A DNA stretch of 24,747 nt from an uncultured archaeon (GTDB lineage: Archaea > Asgardarchaeota > Hermodarchaeia > Hermodarchaeales > Hermodarchaeaceae): NCBI GenBank assembly GCA_964347045.1, contig CAYFXC010000027.1:1715-26461 (forward strand), given 5' to 3'. How positions within the stretch are numbered: position 1 is the stretch's first letter; the number at the start of each line of letters is the position of its first letter. The position numbers were made by a program, and so were the translations under genes. The notes beneath the pieces were generated by a model. It searched no databases. It had not been told where the DNA came from and worked only from the letters and a program-made list of their open reading frames with translations. Below are positions 18,051 to 24,747 of the stretch, in pieces.

Positions 18051-18349
18051 TATCCTAACCTTTAGTCCAAGATAATTGCAATTGACAGGCTTGTCTGATA
18101 AAAAGCAACCGGACTTGCTGGTACCTTTTGTAATACCTATACCTTTTTGTAAATGAAGTAAAAACCGACACTCAGGTAGCGACAATTTAACATGATTCAT
18201 AGGACTGGTTGTAAGACAAAAAAGAAACCTATTGTTGTTGAGAATTGTATCGAATGCCCCATATGTCCGGAATCAAGGCGAATCTGGCACAGAAAAAGTA
18301 GCAAGGTTTTGTAACAATCACAGCTTGGTAATCGGTGCTAAGTGTATCA

Positions 18350-19012
18350 TCAGTTTTGTGGATATTTTTTTTTCTTGACAAAATTTAGTTGATAAACAAA
18401 CCAATTTCCATACTCACTATGTAATTCAAAACCTGCTTGCCCTGCCCAGCGTTTCACTGTTTTTCTTCTCGGATAATCGGGATCTGGCGCTAGCTCACTC
18501 AGTGAAACTAGCCCATCAGATCTAAGAATACGGTGAATTTCTAAAAGCACCTTTACTGGTTCAGGAATTTCGGAAAGGCAAGCAATCGCAACTACTCGGT
18601 CTATGCTTTCATCATCAAAGGAAATAGCATGCGCGTTGTCGATCTTGGGAATGATATTATGAATTTTTTCTTGGACAACTCGTTGCCTTAATCGGTTTAT
18701 GACTGATTCTGAAATATCAACAGCAAAGACTTTACCATCGGGCAGCACCCGCTTTGCAAACTCAATTGTATAACTCCCTTTGCCAGGACCAATCTCAACA
18801 ACAATCATTCCTGGTTTTAGATGCATTTGATCTGCCACTGTACCCGGCTTTTGAACTAAATGCCGGCGCCAAGGATTATCAATTACTCGAGTTAAGAAAG
18901 AGGGAATTGGGAACTTTCTGTAGCGGCGAACCAATCGAATTAGCATGCAGGCAAAAAAGATGATAAGAATGAAGCCAATCATCAACCATTGCATGAAGAT
19001 TAGCCAAACCAA
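18350..19012 (-). CDS. Class I SAM-dependent methyltransferase with N-terminal membrane anchor
   Basis: N-terminal hydrophobic helix; VVEIGPGKG motif I, VFAVDIS, FDDESID and EIHRILRSDG. Confidence 0.88.
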   Translation of the reverse strand: MVWLIFMQWLMIGFILIIFFACMLIRLVRRYRKFPIPSFLTRVIDNPWRRHLVQKPGTVADQMHLKPGMIVVEIGPGKGSYTIEFAKRVLPDGKVFAVDISESVINRLRQRVVQEKIHNIIPKIDNAHAISFDDESIDRVVAIACLSEIPEPVKVLLEIHRILRSDGLVSLSELAPDPDYPRRKTVKRWAGQAGFELHSEYGNWFVYQLNFVKKKKYPQN

Positions 19013-19023
19013 TTATTACACCG

Positions 19024-19986
19024 CTAATCGTCATCAAAAAATCCGGCTTGACGAACCATATCTTTGATCATCGTGTGTCCAAACCATGGAAATTTTGTTT
19101 CAGAAAATCGAACAGAAACCACTGTGGATTTCACGAAATCCGCATTCTTAAGTGTTTGAGCAATTTGTTGTGCCTCTTGCATGTTCTTAACGACAAAGCT
19201 AAGGAAGACAATCGGTTCATCAGCTGAAATATAAGGCAACCAAAACTGATTAGGGAATCTCTTTCGGACCCATTCAGCAACCTCTGTGACGGCAATTTTC
19301 TTTTCGTTAACAAGTGTTCGGATCATCACTTGATCATATCCGCCTGCACTTAGATTCCAACGAACCGAAAACATAACGCCTTTATCCATGAGTTGTTGAA
19401 TCGTTCGTCCGACCCTTCTTGCTGTCAGTCTTGTTCGATTAGCAATATCACTAATAGACATTCGAGGATCCTCTACAAGCCAGCGAAGCACTTTGAGCTC
19501 CGTTTTCAAGAATGTTCCTCCTTCTTCTTTACCACGAATTGGAATGGCTTGTACACCTCGATGATCCTTAGGAATCAACAAGGGAAATAATTCAGTACGT
19601 GAAACATTGTCTAAGGTTCGGACAAAGCGTCCTAACTCCGCAAGTCCTTGTGAACCGATATATTGGGCAAAGAAATTGTATGCACCTCCACTTCCACTCG
19701 CAATTGATCCCACTACATGAACCATTGGATTACTACCGAGGTTTTGAATGAAATCCTCCTCTCTCTCATATCCATCAGTGGATACAAGTCCATACAAAAC
19801 TTCTGAATTCAGATAATCTAAAGAAAGCATAGCAGAAAATGAAAAGATGACTCCAGAATCAATGAGTTTGGCTACACGTTTCTTCACGGCATTCGCTGAA
19901 ATTCCTAGGATATCAGAGAGAGTTTGATAGGACATTCGACAGTTTTCATGAAGTTCCCAGAGTATCTTTTTGTCCATCGGATCCAT
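19024..19986 (-). CDS. Lrp/AsnC-family regulator with two tandem wHTH + effector-domain units
   Basis: DPMDKKILWELHENCRMSYQTLS...GISANAVKKRVAKL and a second unit TELKVLRWLVEDPRMSISDIA...TARRVGRTIQQL; AGGTG upstream of ATG 19986. Confidence 0.85.
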   Translation of the reverse strand: MDPMDKKILWELHENCRMSYQTLSDILGISANAVKKRVAKLIDSGVIFSFSAMLSLDYLNSEVLYGLVSTDGYEREEDFIQNLGSNPMVHVVGSIASGSGGAYNFFAQYIGSQGLAELGRFVRTLDNVSRTELFPLLIPKDHRGVQAIPIRGKEEGGTFLKTELKVLRWLVEDPRMSISDIANRTRLTARRVGRTIQQLMDKGVMFSVRWNLSAGGYDQVMIRTLVNEKKIAVTEVAEWVRKRFPNQFWLPYISADEPIVFLSFVVKNMQEAQQIAQTLKNADFVKSTVVSVRFSETKFPWFGHTMIKDMVRQAGFFDDD

Positions 19987-20105
19987 GTGAGACACCTTTT
20001 GTTAGGCACGATATTGCAGTAGCTTCTCACTTATATCCTAGATGTTTGTCGTCAAAAATATTAATCACATGAGACTCTATCTGCCCATGGAGGTTTTACT
20101 TACTA

Positions 20106-20567
20106 ATGTCCAAAAATAAAGGAGCTATGTCTAAAGCTGAGATTGACCAATTTCTAACCTGTGCACGAACAGGTCGTCTTGGTTTATATATTGACAATGA
20201 ACCGTATATTGTCCCGGTTGGTTTTGTTTATCATCAAGGAAAAATCGCAATTCATTCATGTACCAAGGGAAAGAAAATGAACGCTCTAAAATCTAAATCG
20301 CGAGTATGTTTTGAAGTGGATGAAACTATCTCAGATACTTCAATGTATAAGAGCGTCATAATTCATGGAGTCCCTAAAATCCTGGTCAATGAGGAGGCAA
20401 TGATACCATACTTACAGTTACACATTAACAAATATCGAGTTCCCGAGGAATTTGAAGAATACATTAGTAAACCAGGAAGAAAACGGGACGAAGAACTCAA
20501 ATCGGTTCGAATAATTTTGATTACTCCTGATAAAGTATCAGGTCTAAAATTTATGCGTTCAATTTGA
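20106..20567 (+). CDS. Pyridoxamine 5'-phosphate oxidase-like flavin-binding protein (NimA-like)
   Basis: GRLGL...PYIVPV, GKK, RVCFEVD and YKSVIIHG; GGAGG upstream. Confidence 0.88.
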   Translation: MSKNKGAMSKAEIDQFLTCARTGRLGLYIDNEPYIVPVGFVYHQGKIAIHSCTKGKKMNALKSKSRVCFEVDETISDTSMYKSVIIHGVPKILVNEEAMIPYLQLHINKYRVPEEFEEYISKPGRKRDEELKSVRIILITPDKVSGLKFMRSI

Positions 20568-20590
20568 TAGTCAAGAGTGAGTTGATAAAA

Positions 20591-21313
20591 TTGGGAAAAA
20601 CTGAACTTCTTTTTCTCCAGGACAGTTACTTACGAGACACGGCTACAACTATAATCGACGTCGTTGAGAATGCCGTAATTATCTCAGAAACAATATTCTA
20701 CCCTGAAGGTGGAGGTCAACCATCGGATACCGGAACACTTGATTCACCCAAAGGAACAGCAACCGTCACTCATGTTATAAAGCAGGGAAACCGTATTCTC
20801 CATTTCCTTGAAGGGCCAATGCCTGCTGTTGGTGACGAAGTTTTTCTACGCCTTGACTGGGATCGCCGATATGCTTACATGCGTATGCATACAGCACAAC
20901 ATATTTTGAGCCGAATCGTCTTCGACCAATTTGGTGCGCAAACTGCTGGAAACCAAATACGCGAGAAATACTCGCATATTGACTTTGCCCCAGCAACTTT
21001 CAAATCTTCCGATTTACCTAGGATAGAAGAGGCTGTAAATGCAATTATTCAGAAAAATCTTCCAGTAGTTATTGAAATCATTTCACGAGAAGAGCTTGCA
21101 GATCGCATGGGTCCCGACCGTTCAGATTTAACGAAATTACCCATCTCAATTAAACATGTAAGGCTTGTCTGCGTAGAAGGATATGATGCTTACCCCTGTG
21201 CAGGAACCCATGTAAAATTAACTGGTGAATTAGGTAATCTAAAAATCACGAAGCGTAAAAGCAAGGGAAAAAGAACCATCCGAGTGACCTATGAACTCTC
21301 TCCTCCTATTTAA
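20591..21313 (+). CDS. alaX: AlaX-M free-standing alanyl-tRNA editing protein
   Basis: TIFYPEGGGQPSDTG, MRMHTAQH (HxxxH) and PCAGTHV (CxxxH) zinc ligands; TTG at 20591 likely, track start 20564. Confidence 0.9.
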   Translation: MGKTELLFLQDSYLRDTATTIIDVVENAVIISETIFYPEGGGQPSDTGTLDSPKGTATVTHVIKQGNRILHFLEGPMPAVGDEVFLRLDWDRRYAYMRMHTAQHILSRIVFDQFGAQTAGNQIREKYSHIDFAPATFKSSDLPRIEEAVNAIIQKNLPVVIEIISREELADRMGPDRSDLTKLPISIKHVRLVCVEGYDAYPCAGTHVKLTGELGNLKITKRKSKGKRTIRVTYELSPPI

Positions 21314-21368
21314 ACTGGTCTTCTTTAGAGCCTTATTAAGAGAAAACAAAATTACCTGTTTTTCGATT

Positions 21369-21914
21369 TTAGATGATTCGAACGGATTCTTCAAATGGTT
21401 TTCGAGTAGGTCTTTGTCTTTCTGTTCGGATTTGCTTTTCTGAAAGCAATTTTGTAGATGTTGGAGAATGCTTACCAACAATAATTAAAGTGATTAATGT
21501 CTTATCTGGAGGAATATCCAGAATATTTTTAGCTCTTTTTTCGTCAAACCCTGCGATAGGGTGTGCTACTAGATTCATTTCTGTTGCTCGAAGAATTAAT
21601 TGCCCTGTTGCCATGCCAGTATCAAATAGAAAGTATTCCCTATCAGGATGAAGGCAATCTTCTTCCTTACTAGAGTAGACTGCAATAATAAGAGAAGCAC
21701 CTTGAACCCAACGGTTATTTTTCGACATTACCTCATGCAATTTAGTAAGTATTTTAGGATCTCGTACAAAAACAAAGTGCCATGGTTGATTGTTAAAACA
21801 TGACGCAGCTAGTTGAGCACTAGCCGCCAATTCCTGAATCATGCTATCAGTGATTTCAATAGACGCTAAGGCCCGATATGCCCTTCTCTTTGTAATCGCT
21901 TCTTTCACATGCAA
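21369..21914 (-). CDS. Nitroreductase family protein
   Basis: AITKRRAYR, AASCFNNQPWHF, DTGMATGQLIL and HPIAGFD; start uncertain (TTG 21914 or ATG 21941). Confidence 0.88.
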   Translation of the reverse strand: MHVKEAITKRRAYRALASIEITDSMIQELAASAQLAASCFNNQPWHFVFVRDPKILTKLHEVMSKNNRWVQGASLIIAVYSSKEEDCLHPDREYFLFDTGMATGQLILRATEMNLVAHPIAGFDEKRAKNILDIPPDKTLITLIIVGKHSPTSTKLLSEKQIRTERQRPTRKPFEESVRII

Positions 21915-22083
21915 ACTAAGCACCCACTTCAAGTACATCATTTTTTTTTATCAAGAACGTTTCGGTTCTGAATTAAGAAGAAAGCCTTGGAAACTTATGA
22001 TGGAATACTTTTCCTTGTTCAAACATCAGGTTTTAAATGACTTAATTTCTCATAATACTACGATAACTTCTCGAGGTTCTTCT

Positions 22084-22602
22084 ATGAGCGGACTATTTCC
22101 TCCAGAATTTCAATGTCAAGCCGAACTCAGCGATGGATGCCGCATTCAAATTCGCCCACTCAATTTTGACGAATATGATCGCCTGGAGGATTTATACAAA
22201 AGCTCCACTGAAGAATCATTGCAAAAGCGGTTTGGTTGGACTGATGCTCGGGAATGGCTCCGTTCCGTCAAAGGGTGTGTCGATACAGGGAACTTGTGTC
22301 TTGTCGGCGAATATACAAATGAAACCGGAAAACTAGAAATCGTTGGAGACTGCTGGTATTTCATTGATAAAAATTCAGGAACCGCGGAAGTATCTATTCT
22401 CGTCCGCGATGATTTCCAAAATAAGACTTTAGGAACCCACCTAATGACAAAACTCGTCGAAATTGCCCGAAGTGAGGGATTATACCGGCTATTTGCCCTC
22501 GTTAATGTAACAAACACTCCCATGCTACGCATCGTTCAACGCTTACAGTTTAATTTTGTACACGGTGCAGATGGTGTGAACCTTTATCGACTCGATCTCT
22601 AA
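22084..22602 (+). CDS. GNAT N-acetyltransferase (similar to Pat-type GNAT domains)
   Basis: LSDG..IQIRPL, AEVSILVRDDFQNKTLGTHL (degenerate motif A) and NTPML; ATG at 22084. Confidence 0.82.
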   Translation: MSGLFPPEFQCQAELSDGCRIQIRPLNFDEYDRLEDLYKSSTEESLQKRFGWTDAREWLRSVKGCVDTGNLCLVGEYTNETGKLEIVGDCWYFIDKNSGTAEVSILVRDDFQNKTLGTHLMTKLVEIARSEGLYRLFALVNVTNTPMLRIVQRLQFNFVHGADGVNLYRLDL

Positions 22603-22697
22603 TCTTGCCATTCTAATTTCTCGAAATGTATGAAAACTTATTAAAGCTAAAATGTAACGTAAAAGTTGAAACCTCTGCCTGTGGGGATGATTGAATC

Positions 22698-23240
22698 TTG
22701 AATAGCGGACATGATGATGCTGACGTATCCTTGAAAGTTATCGCAGTTGGAGATGCTGCTGTCGGAAAAACTAGTATTGTAGGACGCTATGTTACTGGTG
22801 CCTTCGAATCCTCCTATAAAGCAACTATTGGAACTGATGTTTTTAGAAAAATCGTTACAGTTGAAGGCCGACGAATAGGACTACTTTGCTATGACACTGC
22901 CGGACAAGAAAGGTTCCGAAACCTCGTGGAACGGTACTTTGTCGGTGCCATTGGCGCGCTCATGGTCTATGATGTAACAAACCGTGAAAGCTTCGATAAT
23001 CTACCCACCTGGTCTAGACAGGTTGACCGGCATGCCGGAGAGGCATTGAAAATCGTGATTGGAAACAAAATTGATCTGATAAAAGAACGTGTCGTAGACG
23101 AGAAAGAGGGAATTGGAATGGGTCGCCAACTCGGCGCTGAATTCATGGAAACCAGTGCAAAAGATGGAGTTAACATTGAACCTATCTTTGACCGAATAGC
23201 ACTCTATGCTATTGATCGTGTTAGAGGACGGGTTCCTTGA
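22698..23240 (+). CDS. Rab-like small GTPase
   Basis: G1 GDAAVGKTS, G2 YKATIG, G3 YDTAGQERF, G4 GNKID, G5 ETSAK; RabF-like RFRNLV, YFVGA and LMVYDVT; no C-terminal Cys. Confidence 0.93.
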   Translation: MNSGHDDADVSLKVIAVGDAAVGKTSIVGRYVTGAFESSYKATIGTDVFRKIVTVEGRRIGLLCYDTAGQERFRNLVERYFVGAIGALMVYDVTNRESFDNLPTWSRQVDRHAGEALKIVIGNKIDLIKERVVDEKEGIGMGRQLGAEFMETSAKDGVNIEPIFDRIALYAIDRVRGRVP

Positions 23241-23246
23241 CATCTG

Positions 23247-23897
23247 TTACTCTGGAGGATGAAGCGGTCTTCCACATACTTCACAAAAGGCTTCGGGTTC
23301 TTCTAAAAATGCACCACACTTGGGACAATACTGCACGCGTCGTCGACGCTCTCGCCTAGGGGTTGTCCGTACTTTTGTAGCTGGGTGCGCAATTTGCCTT
23401 TTCCGTTTAGGCAGATCAGGACGAGCTTGCCCCGTTCGATATCTGTAGAGGGCATGTTCTAAGACAGAACTAAACTGCTTTTTACGTCTATCAAATTTCT
23501 TCTTGGTTTCAAAAGGTTTAGATTGTACTACGACGAGTTCAAACCACTTTTCTTTTTTGTCCTCTGCATCTACATCTGGAGTGACATGAATAATAACTCG
23601 GTCATTTTGGCTATCAATGTGTGAAATCTGATCATAGCGTACATATTTTGCGATGGGTCCACCACGGAACGATATAAGTCCGCCAGTCAAGCCTTTTCGC
23701 TTCGCAAAAAACGCAATTCCGCGATTAGTGACAACGATTTGTCCTACTTTGATAACGTGACCCCGAATATCGTCACCGGTTTCCACGTGAACCTGTGACG
23801 TGTAAATTATAGTATCTTCACCAGGAACGAGCTCACTCACTTCTTTCCCAAGTTTTCCCTCAGGGATAAACCAATCTCCAATGGGCATTTTAATCAC
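23247..23897 (-). CDS. Hypothetical protein: PH-like domain, basic linker, C-terminal zinc ribbon
   Basis: GQIVVTNRGIAF and VRYDQISHI resemble PH/GRAM-fold strands; Arg-rich linker; CPKCG-x(8)-CEVCG. Confidence 0.65.
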   Translation of the reverse strand: MIKMPIGDWFIPEGKLGKEVSELVPGEDTIIYTSQVHVETGDDIRGHVIKVGQIVVTNRGIAFFAKRKGLTGGLISFRGGPIAKYVRYDQISHIDSQNDRVIIHVTPDVDAEDKKEKWFELVVVQSKPFETKKKFDRRKKQFSSVLEHALYRYRTGQARPDLPKRKRQIAHPATKVRTTPRRERRRRVQYCPKCGAFLEEPEAFCEVCGRPLHPPE

Positions 23898-24176
23898 TAA
23901 ATTGTATAGGTTTCGTTCTCATTTAAAATCGAAGGCAATTCAGCAATTTAAGATTGACTAAGACAAGCCTTAACCATGATTACTGTTATGAAATCTAAGG
24001 TTTTGATTCAACAGTGGTTCTAAGCCTTTTTGTTTTGGAAGTTATTACGAGTATATACTCTTCTTTTCTTCCATTTGTTAATTGCTGAATTTATTTCGAC
24101 ATTTTGTAGATCGGTGTATGTGTCTTACGATAGACTCACTTCAACAGTCTATGACTTAACAAACGAATCGAATTAG

Positions 24177-24203
24177 AAAAAAATGCGGGGAGGCCCAGTC
24201 CCC
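24177..24203 (-). terminator. Hairpin plus U-tract terminator for the PGF-tail gene
   Basis: Minus strand reads GGGGA-CTGGGCC-TCCCC-GCA-TTTTTTT, about 20 nt after the stop at 24224. Confidence 0.6.
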
Positions 24204-24223
24204 AATAAAAACACTTTTTTCAT

Positions 24224-24747
24224 CTATTTGATCTTTCGCCGTCGCTGAGAAATCAATCCAATCCCTAATGCCAGACTCACCCCAATAGCAATAGCTACGG
24301 CAGGGAAGCCCGGAACCGGAGGTGGTGGGGGTGTAACTTCTACTCCGCTGACAACGAGGTTGTCAAATATGCTTCCTCTGATTAAGTTCATCATAAACTG
24401 ATTACTAGTAGTGTGTTCGGTGTCAGTACCTTGCATTCGTGAAGTGCCATTGACAAACACTTCGAACAAGCCAGCCGAACTACGAGTAATGTTAATCGCC
24501 TGCCAACCATTAAAGGACGAAATTGTAGAATCTTCACAAACCCTAGGAGATACTGCATATCCTGCATCTATGCGAACAATGTATATCTCTTGTGTCGTTT
24601 GTCCATCATGAGCATAGATGGATAGAACGTAACCACTGGGGTTCGAATCATCTGGAGCTCCAATTCTGATGATCGCTATACCCCAACTTGCGGCGGTTGG
24701 GCTGCCCTCTGACTCGTCCACAAAGAGATCAAAACTCCAGAATCCAA
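24224..24747 (-). CDS. Surface protein (3' part only) with a PGF-CTERM-type sorting signal
   Basis: Frame is open to the right edge (GFWSFDLFVDES...); beta-sandwich-like body (WQAINITRS...FEVFVNG...IFDNLVV); tail PPPPPVPGFP + hydrophobic helix + RRRKIK. Confidence 0.75.
   Translation of the reverse strand, partial: GFWSFDLFVDESEGSPTAASWGIAIIRIGAPDDSNPSGYVLSIYAHDGQTTQEIYIVRIDAGYAVSPRVCEDSTISSFNGWQAINITRSSAGLFEVFVNGTSRMQGTDTEHTTSNQFMMNLIRGSIFDNLVVSGVEVTPPPPPVPGFPAVAIAIGVSLALGIGLISQRRRKIK

Noticed and set aside
18051-18200. N-terminal extension of the OYE ORF and a short direct repeat (taccttttgtaa / tacctttttgtaa)
   Set aside because: The extension shows no family similarity; the repeat is only two imperfect AT-rich copies
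21841-22083. N-terminal extension of the GNAT ORF in the track
   Set aside because: It overlaps the nitroreductase on the opposite strand and crosses the divergent promoter region; GNAT similarity starts after ATG 22084
6476-23240. Idea that the two Rab-like GTPases are prenylated using the neighbouring isoprenoid enzymes
   Set aside because: Neither has a C-terminal cysteine and no protein prenyltransferase is in the window
1-24747. Mobile elements, defence systems, selenoprotein or pyrrolysine read-through
   Set aside because: No transposase, integrase, nuclease or cas motifs were seen, and the recognised proteins look complete at their stop codons

Overview
A gene-dense, AT-rich prokaryotic window with about 22 CDSs and no recognisable rRNA, tRNA, CRISPR array or transposase. 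The gene content points to an Asgard archaeon (inference): two stand-alone Rab-like GTPases without prenylation motifs, a large single-pass surface protein with a cytoplasmic longin-like domain, a duplicated Lrp/AsnC regulator, a PGF-type sorting tail, an archaeal isopentenyl phosphate kinase (IPK) and GGTGA/GGAGG ribosome-binding sites. The left end holds a glycyl-radical enzyme missed by the ORF track (HypD-like, cut by the window edge), an acyl-CoA dehydrogenase, a fucose-isomerase-family gene, a prenyl-alcohol kinase plus IPK pair and a Rab-like GTPase. The middle holds a saccharopine-dehydrogenase-like gene with an FGGY kinase, a SnoaL protein, and a divergent pair of membrane-anchored surface proteins (Asp-box propeller; receptor-longin-wHTH). 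The right side holds an MFS transporter, an old yellow enzyme (OYE), a methyltransferase, Lrp, a PNPOx-like protein, AlaX, a nitroreductase, a GNAT, a second Rab-like GTPase, a PH-like/zinc-ribbon protein and the 3' part of a PGF-tailed surface protein. The most interesting candidates are a transmembrane receptor-longin protein that could couple outside signals to small GTPases, and a possible natural two-step isoprenol salvage module. All assignments come from reading motifs by eye; no database search was run.
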